A DNA stretch of 64,000 bases from Tubiluchus corallicola (GCA_030141605.1 JAQGDQ010000038.1:682001-746000), one strand, 5' to 3'. Shown: positions 14,753 through 30,963, numbered from the stretch's first letter. Notes: generated by a model not told the origin, from the sequence alone. Translations and numbers: made by a program.

Positions 14753-17700
14753 AGGGGCAGAGTGGAAAAGGAGAGAATTCTATTTTATGAAAAAAACTAC
14801 ATAAGAAGTTTGCATTCTTGACGTTTAATTTTATTAATTTAACGAATGAAATCGCACATGCCATGAAAGAAAAAAGTATTCCGGCTGCCCAAGCAACCAA
14901 GAATTTACAACTGCAGGAGGTGTAAACGAAGCCCATTGGGAAGATTTGGAAGCGCATCTAAGACCAGGAGAGGTGAACCCAAGTAGCACCAGAAACCTAC
15001 ACGTGTTACATTTCATGACGGATCTATGAGTCATAACTATCTCACACACCATAAATCAAATGGTACAGGAAACCAACTAATATCGTGTGAATTATGGTCC
15101 TGTGTTAATTGGGCTTTTGCACAAATACATGATTAGTAGAGATTTACATCCAAACTGGTTGAGCAAACCCTGCCAGGCTGACATACACACACGATCATGT
15201 ACACATCTGCAAAGTTCTGCTAGCCTACTCATCTGGTCATCCAGATAAGCACAAGTTTTAAAAAAGAAAACAGGAAATGGTGACTTATCCAACCTTTGAA
15301 TATAATTAGTTATATTCTGTTACAAGCATTTTTGCTCAGAGTTTGTTATTTAACTTTTAGCACAAAACCATTCTTCAAAAAAGCATATTGAAATTGCATT
15401 CGCCTGTCTAGATCTCACAGAAAAAACCAGACCTACATTATTACAGTTAGCAAAAACTTAATCTCAATATTACGCCTCTAGGTAGTTCTGAAAGTGATTT
15501 AGGGAAAAGCTAGAAAAGCACATTGAAGTTCTGAGTCCAGAAATTTTAAAAAAATATTTAATATGAAATATAAACATGAAATGACGATTCAGCAAAGAAT
15601 ATTCAGGTAAATGTAGCAACAGGAGTGAGAAGCAAGCTGGAATTTCTGTGATGCTAAAAGTATAAGAGAGAGAAAGCTGCTACTGTAGTCTGTAGACCAC
15701 AAGGACACTCCAAACTCAACTTTGCCTAATATCTGCACCAACCACGTAAAGGCTTGTTTTATGTTTTGAACAAGCCAACAACAGATTTATTTCGAAATTA
15801 TTTGATGTGAAAATGATAACCACACAGTCAACCAATATGATATTCCGGATCATATCACGCTTTTGAGTATATCACAACAGATTATTTAGGAATGTTCTGC
15901 ATGTAATTTGTAGCATTACTTTTTATAGTTATAAATATGGTTAAGACACACAGTTACCACGTTAAGACACACATTAGGTACTAGTGATGCTTACCAAATA
16001 TGACAGTCTCATAAAACTATCCCATTAAATTGATGATAATGGTCAGGGGCAAGGAATAACTCACGCACAATCATATGATACAAATCTATTTTTAACCTGT
16101 GTATAACAGTCTTCAATCTAGTTTTCTCAATGTTATGATATTTATGCATCCCATGATTTTATTGAAATGCCGCGCAATATCTACACATGATTACAGTTAA
16201 TAACACAAGACAACGAACTAATCAATCATAGTTTCAACGTGATTCCATGACTGTCACCAAGTGGTCAATTTTAGCACAGTCATTAAACGAAATTAGCCAA
16301 TATTCACACGTACTCACTGAATGACTCTCACTAGTTACTCTCCTAACTGAAAGGAAATGTTTGGTCACAGCCCAGACGGGCTTCATGCTGTACATTAGCT
16401 TGCTTGCCAGCTGAGCTGTTGCAGCAGCAGACCAGCAATGAAGCTGGGAATCAATAATACATTACTGTAGCTAGGTACAGGGGCTTAGTCCTGGACCAGA
16501 CAGCTTGTGAATCAAGTATGCAACCAGAAACCGTATAAATGAAGTCACAAATTTCTGTGATGTTATTTACAAAGCAAACTTATTGAGATGCAGAATCAGA
16601 CAAAGTAAAGCAAATGCAGCATTCAGACTGTTTTAAGAAATTTGCGAACTTTTTCCCTGGCACCTAAGATCTTATATACAATGGTATGAAATATACAAGT
16701 TTAGCGTATTGGTGCTAAACAGTGTCGCGTTATTTTTAAAACCGGCAACAAAAAGCATTTTATTATGAGTATGACTTTACCACCTATCAACGACCTATGA
16801 TCTGGTTACGTGAACTTATACCTCAAATCAAAAAGTAATAAGTATCGTAATGTAATAAATTGCAATAAAATTTTCTCCTCAGCCTCTGACAAGACAATTA
16901 TGGGGTGTTGGTATACATATGTACTAGGTAGCCTTAATAATTATGATAAACAAAACAAGCTATATTCATAAACGATTTTCTATACATGATCACGCCAGTA
17001 TAATCAAACTTAGAATAATTACAGAATGATTACCAAAATCTCAGGTAAGCAAACAACTTATATGGCCTATTCTGTCAAGTATGACGAAGTATGAGCAGTA
17101 CCTATTAACAGACGTTCCAGCACGGATATGAGCATCAGGCTTGATCTCAGTAAGATGCATAACTTAAAAGAATACACAACGGATTGAGGGAGTAAGATAA
17201 CTTTGGACTGGGATATAACTAAATAGTCAACTAACCAAATTTTTGGCAGTACATTTGAAAGGCTCAATTCTTCTGATGATTGCGTGCATTACCTAGCTAT
17301 TGTCGTGTGTCTGCTAAATTAATTGCTGTCAAACAAGAGAGTTTATGTCATTGATATATTAATGATTAATGCAGAGATTTGAAGGAATGACCACTTCAAA
17401 AAGGCATAATATCTTCGAGACTGCTCTTTAGAAATATTTTATATGGCTTGTACTATCTTTTATGTCATCAATATTGCTCATGTCCACTTATAGGATATGA
17501 TGTACACGTACGAATTCTGTTAATACTGAAAATACAAGAAATAATATAAGACTGCTGGATTTCATGAGTAAGATAGTTTTTACATCAAAAATTTCATGAC
17601 AAAAGTCTTGTGTTAAGAAACGAAATTGTCCCCAATTTGAAAATTTTGTTAACAGCGGACCCAGCAAATTCAGACAAAGTTACTATTGTTTGACTTTGTA

Positions 17701-19139
17701 CAAGGGAAAGTAAAATGATAAAGCACTAAAACAGTTAAGCACACAGTCCTTAGTTATTGCAGTACTGAATGTAATTACCTTCAGATTGGCATTAGTGCTG
17801 ACGATACTATTGCTGCGTACACACCTCATACATACAAGCACTATGCACAAAATATGAGCATATTTTAGCAAAATGGACGCAGAGTGCTACATTTTTTCTC
17901 ATTTTTAGGGAAAACACGTTATTAATTTTAGCAAACTAAAAGCCTAACATTAATGGGAAGCTCAGTAAGTCCAAACAGTATGCTCACTACAGGTACATTT
18001 TTTGAGCCCAAGTTTAATAGTGGACACAATGTGATTTGTCTGTCCATGTATTTTTACAATAACTATAAGCAAAAGCATTTTTACAAAATTTAAATTTTTA
18101 TAATTTTTTACAATTTTTTTTGTTCAACATCAACTCTGAAGTACCATATTCTAATCACTTATGTGACAATGACTATTCAAATATTAAACTACAAAAAGTG
18201 TATTTATATGCTATTTATATAGTATATGTTTATTTTTTATTTTGTTTTTATCCACTTCGGCATTACAATCCAGCATCCAACATTCAACAACACCCTACCA
18301 ATTGAACACGCTGGAATCTGGCTCATTGTCAAGGATACTCCTCTAAAATAAGCCACTGAATGGCAGCGGTGTCTTATCCACATTCAGATGTGGATGTATA
18401 TAAACAGCCTCTCTCTACAAGGTAAACAGCTACAATCAGTGCAACTTGTAAATGAAACCAACAAGAATGAGTACTGAAGTCAAATGTTCAGGAGCCATTC
18501 AAGTGAAGCCTAAGCATGTGACCAGTGCACTGGACCTAGTCTCACGGACACTTTAGGCCAACATACTTTGCAGATTATTGGGCCTAAAATAATTACATAG
18601 ATGACTGCATAAAACTATAATATAATCTCCAGCTACTGTCATATACAAGCCACAAAACCATAAACGTCAAAGTGTGTTTTTCTAAGAGCCAAGTGAATAA
18701 AGAAAAGAAAAAGAAGAGAAAGATCTTTATTCATAAAGCTGATATAATTGGTTTTAACAATAAAGTGCAAAGTATAAACTGGGATTTATTATTTAATAAC
18801 AGAACTAAATGAGAAATGGTCTCTCTTCATTGGAACTTGGGAAGAATTAGTAGACATTGCGACGTTTATACTTCGCACACAGTGGTTAAAGATGGTCAGT
18901 GTTATCAACACCTTTGGACTTCTTTCGGGTCAGTTAAGTAAGCTAAGCACCAGAAAAGAAATACTTGGGTAAAGAATGGGCCTGAAAATTTAAATGTGAA
19001 TGGTCAGTAGTTTAGATAATCCAAAAAGGTTCTACAACTAAACTTGTAAGTTCACTGGAACTTCTTCCACTTCCTCCAGTTAACTAGCGGTTTAAACACG
19101 TTCAACTGCTAGAGTTTGACTGGACCAAAGTAATTGACA

Positions 19140-20480
19140 ATGCTCAGAAAGCCAAGGTGCTAAATAAATTTTTTGCCTCCGTTCTATTCGCTCATCTAAC
19201 TGTGAATCTATCATTTATACTGTTAATATTACACCAGACAGTAGGAAAGCAAGAAAATGAGGAAGCTGAAGAAAGACCATGAAAGTAGACCAGATAATAT
19301 TCACATTAACATTTAACATACTTTGAGAGGGTAGCTAATCCATTATTCTGTATGTTCAATCGTTCAATCTGGCAGGGAACCTTACTGCATCAATGGAATG
19401 ATGCAAATATGTGCCAATATTTCAATGGTTTGAGAAGTGGTAAATTATGGTCCCGGTGACACTTACTAGTCAGAATCGGATAGTTAAACTGCTTGACAGG
19501 TTTAGTCTGGATGTAGTTCAACAGACCATGTAATACAAGGTACAATATATCATCTGTGTAAGCAACATGCACTCCAAGCTAGATCTTCGTGCATTACTCA
19601 GTTGCTTGCGGCTTTTAATGACTTGACAAGTAACTGGGGTGACAAAGTTCTCACTGATATCATTTACCTTCACTTTGCAAGGCTTTTGATACTGTTGCTT
19701 ACTGCATCAATGCTGTACAAGTTAGATAATCTGCAGTGGATCGAAGCTTTTTTGTAGGCACCAACCGATAATTTTGCAACAGTCATGATCTTCATGAGAA
19801 CTGGTCTCAGTTTCTTAATGACCCTTCCCTCCCATCTAGTGGTATTTTGTACAACGATTTTAGGAAGGTATTTGATTCTGTTCATCTTCATACTCTCAAA
19901 TTAAAATTAGAATTCGCAGATAAGAGGTAATCACCTCCAATAGTTTCAATATTTTATAATGCGCAGACTTCTAAGAGCAGTTTTAAATGGTCTAACTACT
20001 TCCTGGAGAAATGTAACCAGTGGCATTCCTCAAGGGAATTTGTCGGGCCCCTACAGTTTTCTCATTTTTATCAATGACATTACTGATTGTGTGTCATCTG
20101 ACACACATACATTATTTTGTTGGTGATATAAAACCTTACCGTCCCATTAGAAACACCTCTAATCAAGAAATATTACAAGCAGACCTATATGAAATTGAGC
20201 AATGGGGTGACAACTGGTTAATATCCCCCCAAACACAGTGAATGAAGCACACTTCGTATTCATTCTAATTCTGCAACACCTTATTATGAGACATAGTGTT
20301 ATTGAAGAAAAAAACAACTGTATTTGATTTGGGAGTATTAACCTCAAACAACCTGAAGTTAACTATCATGCTGAACATATTATTTCTCAGGCCAATAGAT
20401 GCATTAGAATGTTAAAACGCTACTTAACGGAAAACGATCTGAACTGCAGATGCATACAAAATTTCAAGACATATTAAGCA
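19140..20480 (+). mobile_element. Degenerate non-LTR retrotransposon (CR1/Jockey-group-like RT relic)
   Basis: Ordered but frameshifted RT motifs: KAKVLNKFFASV (~19149), PDNIH, WNDAN..PIF, NY.PVTLTS, F(A)KAFDTV (~19675), SGIPQG..GP (~20019), FIND, (F)VGDIK as the FADD equivalent, LQADL..IEQWGDNW. Many stops; interrupted at ~19760-19980. Confidence 0.8.
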
Positions 20481-20979
20481 CTAGTAAGTAGTAGATCTTC
20501 TCGACGTAGTTCTAATTTACTTCAATTTTATGTAACTATGTAAAGAAATTTAGAGAACTTTGTAATTCATTATTAACGACAAAGTACGTCTTATTAACTA
20601 TAAACAGATTGTTAATTTAAGTTAGAGTGCAATGAATCGTAAGTAACTCACGCCAACTGTAGATAAGGTATCATCGAATAAAATCGGCATAATTAAACAT
20701 AACATGATAGTCAAATGCTTACCAATCAGACAAAAGCAATGTAACTAAGTAATAAAACGATTCTAGTAAATTTTTGAGCATGAACGTCGCTTTCCATTCT
20801 AGATCATTATATTATAAGAAGCACAAAACCGAAAGCTAAAATCATCACATAGTCCACAAAAAACTTCAGCTACAAAGCTAGTCTTCAACGAAAATAGAAC
20901 CTACTTCGCCCTTTACTACCACTGTGTGTCAGCACTTTACAGGGCGATGTCCATAGATATCTATATTGTTGGGAAACAA

Positions 20980-21990
20980 TGTTGGGAAAACGAACCGGGA
21001 AAAATAAAATGATAATTAATTATATCAATACAATAGGAGGTGAGCTGAAAGTGGGAGATTGCTCAACAGGGGTTACACTAATGCTGTACGAGCTTCTTTC
21101 AGTGAGTGCAGTGCTAAATAGTTCTGAGACATTGTCAAATTTGACAACAACTGACTGGGAGAAATTAGAAATGATTCAAGCAAATGCTTTAAAAACCTTA
21201 TTTAATCTTAGTGAATCAACGCCATACTGGTGATTAGTAACTGAAATAGGCATATGGCCTCTAAAACATAAAGTGAATTATAGGAGATTGATGTTCTATC
21301 GGAATTCACCAATTAGTAAACCAAACAGATTAGCATCAGAGGTACTCGAAATGCAAATAAACAGTTTACATGAAAGGTCATGGTATAATGAAGTAGTTGA
21401 GGCTGCAAAAAATATACCATAGATGCTAATAAAGAAAGGGTGAAGGTCATGAAAAAGTCTGAATGGAAGAAAGAAATAAAGAATAAGATTGGATGTTGTA
21501 TAAAGAGCGAATGTGCAGAAAAATGCAGGAGCAGCACTAAATTAAGATTTTTAAGGCATACCGAGTGGAAACGACAAAATTACATAGACACATGCAAGCC
21601 AGAAGAGGTTAAAGATATATTGAAAATAAGACTGAATATGATTAAAGTTAAGGGGAACTACAAGAATGAGTTTAAGGATCAGTTATTATGCCCAGTGTGT
21701 GAGGAAGATGATGACACTACTGAACATATGCTTAGATGTTACAGATATGGAGAATGGAAAAAAATTTTGAACTCGGAAGTATTAATGAACAGTGAAAAGG
21801 AAGGATTGCTAGAAATTAGAAATCTAGTGAACGAATGTATGGAATACAGGATAAAGACAAATAAAGACATTAAACTTGGAAAAGACAAATAAAAGATCAG
21901 CGTTAAAGAAGAAGAGACTTTGCACCCTATAAAGGTGCCCGCCTCGGATAGGTGGAGAGAGTCGAGTATCGCAATCGTAATCGCAATATA
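20980..21990 (+). mobile_element. 5'-truncated LINE fragment (ORF2 C-terminus plus 3' tail)
   Basis: Broken ORF LN.SETLSNL...LEMIQANALKTLFNL.ESTPYW*...EIGIWP..., continuing into the 150-aa ORF 21440-21892, which has the LINE C-terminal zinc knuckle CPVCEEDDDTTEHMLRC. Ends in a short (atcgca/atcgta)n tail at ~21968-21987. Confidence 0.8.
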
Positions 21991-22784
21991 TTGCTACCTA
22001 ATCAGAAAAGGCAAATATCACTTTCTCGCGTTTATCCGCATCCCATATTCATGAAAAATTTGAGAAGCTCCAGGCACAAGGATGTACTGAATGTAGCAGA
22101 CTAGCGGTGAGGAACTACATTGCAGAGGACCTCAGTCTGCAGAGGGCAGAGCAGACTTGCGGCAATTATCACTTGCGGTCTCAGTCCTAGGCTTTATTAT
22201 AAGCTGTTCTACCTGCCTGGAGAGTCATGACTCCTTTATTCATTTCGTTCTTTTAATTCTCCGTTTTTGTTTAAATATTTGCTTTGTTCATTCCTTCTTT
22301 CTGTTCTTTTTTTGTCTTTCTTCTACCCTTTCTTTATCGTTTTATTTCTCCTTGTAACTTCTCTACCCTGCCTTTGTTCATCCCTTTCTTTATATCTTTA
22401 ATATATAGTTCTTCCTCGTTTTCTTTTTTTCTTTACTTCTTCATCTGCTTTGTCTGATTTTTTTATTCTTCCTTTCTTCCCTCCAGTTCATATTTTAGTG
22501 TTTGTTTGTATTGCCTCATTTCTGCCTTCCTGCTTGTTTTCACTCTTTCTTTTATTTTTCTTACAATGAATTAACTATAATTAAATCTGATAAGGTAAGT
22601 ATATTATCTTTACTTCTATCAATTTTTAATAATAAAATTTACTTAAGAATAATAATCTTGGTGTCGAATGTGAATTATTCTTTGAAAGTTTCGAGATGAT
22701 GTTCAATATCTGATGTTGGAGAATCGCCAGAAATCCCTGTTCCGCATGCGTATTAGTAATGAACTACGTCATTCGTGTCATGTG

Positions 22785-22826
22785 GTTTCTCTGCCTCTTT
22801 GTCTCCATAAGCTGGAGGAGGAAAAC
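22785..22826 (+). promoter_or_regulatory. RPS2 polypyrimidine (TCT/5'TOP) start site and non-coding exon 1
   Basis: tttctctgcctctttgtctcc followed by gaaaac|GTAAGT donor at 22827. It would splice to the acceptor at 24241-24242, two bases before the ATG, a layout typical of ribosomal protein genes. Confidence 0.75.
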
Positions 22827-23026
22827 GTAAGTTGAAAGTCGCTTTTCAAGAATCCTTGTTAATCACTTTTATTTACTTATAAAAACTGCTTTTAATTACA
22901 TATTTGCGTAGCAGACTTGTCTGGTTATTAGTTACCGGTAATATTTATGCGAATTTAGCTTTGTTGACGCTAATTTTAACGAACAAAAATTTTTCAATAT
23001 GAACTTCGCTGTTAGCGACGTGGCAA

Positions 23027-23037
23027 AAAATGGCGGC
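23027..23037 (+). promoter_or_regulatory. YY1-type motif in RPS2 intron 1
   Basis: aaaatggcggc ~230 bp downstream of the inferred start, within a CpG-richer patch. YY1 sites are common downstream of RP gene starts. Confidence 0.45.
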
Positions 23038-24244
23038 TTGTTGCGGGGAGTGGCGAGTTGCCGACGACCTTGAACAATTGCTATTCTGTTTTCAGAATTA
23101 CTAAATACCTTTAGCATATATTATTAAAACAATATATTTAGTTAGTTCTAAATAAATGCACCTTCTTTTAAAGATAAAAGTCGACTTTGGTGATAAAAGT
23201 TAAAAATCAGTGTCGGTAGTCGATAGTTATGGCATTTGGGCATAACTGATACTTTTTGAAGCGTAAATTTTGCTTTTTTAGTCTATATTGCCTCTGTTCT
23301 TGTTTTATGAAAATATCTTGTACACTGACATGGCAGTTAACGATTTTGCATTTTTAGGTTATAAGGTTAAAATGACAGCCTGATATCATTAAAAGGGAAA
23401 AGTAGTATTTGAATGTTTTTCATTTTGTTAAGTTTCTAATTCATTTATTTTCAAAAAAGAAAACCGATTTGAAACATTACTGAGGCATGTGTAACCAAAT
23501 CCATATTTTACAATTAGGGGTTAGAGTTGCCACTGAATTCCACACCACTTTTTATTTTAATTCTAAGGTTGTCCTTTATTAAATTTGATTTATGAACACA
23601 AAACAGCGAAATATTTTGCCTTCTCTTGTCCTCGTCCTGCATGCTTTTATTATATGTTCTTACTGGATAGTAATCAGTCAGAAGCAATATTTTGGATTGC
23701 TTATTTACGACACCTAGACAGGCTACAACACCATTTTGCTCAGCAGTGGATTCAGACCACACATGGTTGTTATCAGGGCAAACTAAACTTTGGCCATCCG
23801 TGTACAGTGTTTGTCCTTGTGTGTGATACTTTTCTGGTTAATGCTGGGATACTCAGTGTTTCCAGGCTTTAGTGCAGTGTTAAATGGTGTAACTTTGATG
23901 TACTTTGTTTCTGTATATCAGTCCTATTGTCTGCTAAGAGACCGCATTATGACTGCAGATTTCAAATTAGTTTGTCTCAAAGTAATTCACAGTACACTAA
24001 AATTTAGCCTAATATAATATAATTTAGCAACATTTAGCAATTGCAGTTTATTTATGTTGTAACATGGGAAGTTAAAAAGGGTAATGCAAAATGTACAGTA
24101 AAGTGTGTTAAAGTGCTTATAGTTCAAAAGAAGAAGACATGATAAGGTACATCTTGTATCTGCCTTATATAAACTTGAGGGCCAAGCTATTTGCTTTGGC
24201 TACATCGATATCACATAGTTTTCTTTTTCTCTTCTTTTGCAGCA

Positions 24245-27256
<3,012 letters not shown>

Positions 27257-27362
27257 GCAATGAGTTCATTTTTGTGTGGGCAGTGCAATTACTTACATAA
27301 TGTCTGCTTGTCTCATGTTGGCAAAACCTGTTTGGCAATGTACAATGTGTTGTTATTTGCGA

Positions 27363-28430
27363 CATGAATGAGGGAGGGGAGGGATTTGCTGCTTAGAAAG
27401 CTGTTAAGTGGCAGAAAACTGTCGAGTACCCAAAGAGGTCAAAGTGGTCCCTAAAAAGTAAAAAAAGAAGGGTCTTTGACAAAGGGTAAATTCTCGCAAA
27501 GTGACCCCTAAAGAAGGGGCAAAAGTCCAGGGTGGACAAAGATGTCCCAAATGTTGGGGCGCAAGTGAACCCCAGTTGAGGGGAGTCGTCCTGTAAGGAC
27601 ATTGGGCCTTGAGTTGCAGAGGCATTCGTGATCTAAGTGGTAAGATTCTATAAAGCTCTTGATTCCGAGCATTTAATTCACTTGTATATTGCTGAAGTCA
27701 CTTTGCCAATGCTAGACTTGCAGGTGATAAAGTAAACAATTGCACTGCTTTTTTATTATAACTGTGCTATCAAGTGTTTTGTTTCAGGTGTTGTGTGTAA
27801 AAACGCAAAAATGTTAAATTTAAAAGAAACTGGTAAAAAACAATTGTTAAGATAAGAAGCCTAAGAAATAAGAAGGCTGAGAAAAATAGTTGTATAAATG
27901 ATGTTATGGTGAAAGAAAGTGCAGAGCAGAAGTGATAAAATATATAGAAATAGGGAATGTTGTAAAAAAAATGTTGAAAACTAGGAATAACAAGCACAGA
28001 AAACAAGAAAATCCAAAAAAAGTTGAATTTGTAAAAAAGTGGCAGAACAGTGCCGTTGATGTATGCAACTTTGTTGCAAAAATGTTGTGAGAACACAACT
28101 ACCGTAAAACAAGTGTAACTATTGTTACAAAATCGTGTTGAAGGTTACATAGCAATCCTGGGCTACAAGAACCGTTTCGGGAACATCTCCCCAACTGATG
28201 TTCTGTAGCCCCTCCCTGTACTAGATGTACGGGAATGTCTACAGGTGCGATGTTATGTAGCTCACATTCGTTGCGACGGGCTGACGGTGCCCTAGCAATC
28301 TCGGGCCACAAGCGCCAATTCGGGGATGTCTCCCCAATGATAATCCTGTGCCAGAAACATGGGCAGGAGTCGTGTCTTCGGTGTACGTGGCGAGTGCAAC
28401 ACTCGCCCGTATAATCAATGCTGCGAAAAA
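27363..28430 (+). ncRNA. Putative long structured non-coding RNA or structured 3' extension downstream of RPS2 (family unknown)
   Basis: Two GC-richer domains (27363-27630, 28134-28425) consist almost entirely of nested inverted repeats with + strand G-U pairs. They are linked by an A-rich tract with small hairpins. No credible ORF. Confidence 0.55.
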
Positions 28431-30086
28431 AGGAAAATTGCAAAAAAAGTATTGTAACTAAGCTATTTAACGAGATGGTCACACTGTTAATGAATACTTG
28501 GATTGTCATCTTTCAGTAGTTAACAGTCTTGTAAGCTGCTAAATAATAAAAGTGTCCATCCAGTCTCCATCGTGTTCAAGTTTTTCTATTGTTATTGTGA
28601 TCTTTTTGTTGAGACAAGTCGAAGATTTCTCTTCACTGTGCAGAAAAATGCAATGTGTTGCAGTATTGTAACCATATAAACCACTCATCTGCTCTGTCAA
28701 AGTGTCTGTAAGATGAGATAACTGAACCATGGTGCTGTTACTCTGAATGAAACATTGGTGTTGCTGAATACTGCTAGAATTTTTCATTAGCCTAATTGGT
28801 GTCCAAGAGAGATTCCGGTTGTAATAACAAAAACATTTTTACAAAATTAATTGGTAGTACAGTATACTGCTATCATCAGTGTTGCTAAGATTATTTTTGG
28901 CCTAACAAAAACTAGTGTCCAGATTTAACAGTCAAAATATTTTTACGAAATATGTGCTTGCATGCATCACAGTTCTTGACAAATTATTAATGTTACAATC
29001 AAATTTAGGGTGTTTCTAGACGTGCGAAATGACTTAGTTCTGGATGATGCTTATACAAGCTAGCTTATGGTCGGCGGCAACAACTAACAAAAATAATGTT
29101 GAATTTCACATTTCCTTATTCTTCCGCCCCGACGTTCTTTCTTCCTAGGGCTTTGAGTTTATCTACTAATTATGTGCAGTTGGCTTTAAAATGCTGGCAC
29201 TCTTCAAGTGGAGATAGGAGCCAAACTGTAAAAGTCAGGTCAACTGTCTGGGTGAAATTGTCAAGGGCAGTGGAACAGTTTGCATCACCTCTAGCCTTTT
29301 TGTGTATAATTCATGTGTTACAAGTATTTGGGTATAATAGGGTTAGACGTAGACGTTGTTTTAAACAGCTTAACGTTTTTCAATGTGTAAAATGGGATTT
29401 GATTTTGTCGTATCAGGGTTAATATAAACAAGGAAAGGTAAGGTGTGTTCCAAAAAAAACGTGACATTTGGACATCAATAAAATTTCATGTTGTGTCTAA
29501 TTTTTTATTTTCGTTTATAAAACTTAACGAATCATTAATTTTGGTAATTTACAGTATTTTTTAAGATTCATCACTTTACTAAATTAAATTGATCAATTTC
29601 TTATTTTTCAGTATTTCGTGTACGTGTAGTTTCTAAATGAACGAAGCAGAAGACAGTTTAGATCAGCATTTTATTAAAATATGACTGAACTTTGATTCAA
29701 AAATATCTAGCCTATCATAAAAACGGGTACAGTAATAAAAAATCTATGCACACCAAAACAGCTAGTGCATCATTCATTACAGCATTTTGCGAGTAGCGGA
29801 ATGCTCCATGTAAAGCAAGTTAAGCCATAGGAAATTTTGGCACTCACCATAGGTTGTTATGAGTCGCTGGTTGTAAAAAGTTTTATGACAGTTATCAAAC
29901 CTCTGGCTTTAGCACACCTTTGATTTTCCCAACGTGACAATATACAGATGGACGAACGTCGATAAACAGCGAAGCTCTACCTCCTGATCCAGGCACTCAG
30001 CACTCCTGCAGTTGCTCTATTATATCAAAAGCTACTTGCAGACAGACGTGGAGAATGATTTGAAATACATAAAGCAAGAGAAAACC

Positions 30087-30470
30087 ATACGAGATTTCTG
30101 CGACTAAAATTTGTTTTGCTGTAAAACAGAGACGTTATATTGGTGAATTACTGTTTGAGTATGCAGACTATAGTGCCCTAAGAGGTTAGAAAGAGTCAAA
30201 TCTATAAGTTTCTCGAATATGAGACTCCACGTCTTAGAGTTCAACGTCTAGAGTGTATAGTTATTATTTTCTTTATTAACCCTACAAGATTTCTCTGCAA
30301 TTAAAATCTTTCTAGCAGTAAAATGGAACCATTATAATGGCGAAATATTGTGCTTGAGTATGCAGAGGTATGGTGTCTGGGATGATTAGAAAGAGTAAAA
30401 TCAATGCTTCTCCGGGCCAAAAAAATTGAGCAAACCTGTCGCTGGATAGCAAATCTCTCCCAGCTTGGAA
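30087..30470 (+). repeat. Dispersed repeat family, two adjacent copies (30087-30214, 30283-30470)
   Basis: Shared core ac(g/a)agatttctgc.actaaaat...gtaaaa...ttata.tgg.gaa...gagtatgcaga...ttagaaagagt.aaatc. A third copy lies at 49428-49620. Confidence 0.75.
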
Positions 30471-30963
30471 GACAATATGAGCTGAGCGAACCCTTTTCCG
30501 ATTAATAAAGACCCTATTTGTTTTTCAATAATTGGCTTCATTTTTTGTTTGAATTTTTATGCTGATAGATACAAGAGACTGTACGTAGTACTTTTCAGCG
30601 TCAGTGTTTGTTAAGATTGAACTTCCAGTATTTAACAGATTCATCTTCATGAACTTTATCTTGGGGTATTTAATTGTTGTTTGAACCCACACTGCGTACA
30701 TAAGTCTTAGACTGATTACGCACACGTTTAATTTATACCAAGGCACTGCGAATTAATTCTATTGCGCATGTAATTAAAAAGCATTATTTCACAACAAATT
30801 TAAATATATGGGGATTGATATTAAAATACTATGAACGCCCAGCATTTTGGTCGTAGGATTATTATAGGAACGCCTAATTTTGCGCGCATATTTTTGAGTG
30901 AAATGAGTCCTTTTGCGTCATTTGGCTTACCGTGTAATCCGTGTAAATATATAACAGTGACAG

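Noticed and set aside
22240-22560. Phe/Leu/Ser-rich ORFs upstream of RPS2
   Set aside because: Pyrimidine-rich low-complexity DNA with no splice-consistent gene.
27363-28430. Telomerase RNA, RNase P/MRP or ribozyme identity for the structured tract
   Set aside because: CCCTAA occurs only as single hexamers, with no 1.5-repeat template. gcaaaagtcc only loosely resembles the P4 motif and has no convincing partner. No CUGAUGA/GAAA hammerhead core was found. Left unassigned.
27770-28509. Minus-strand ORFs of 108 and 136 aa
   Set aside because: By-products of the A-rich skew and the GC-rich stems, with no recognisable motif or exon structure.
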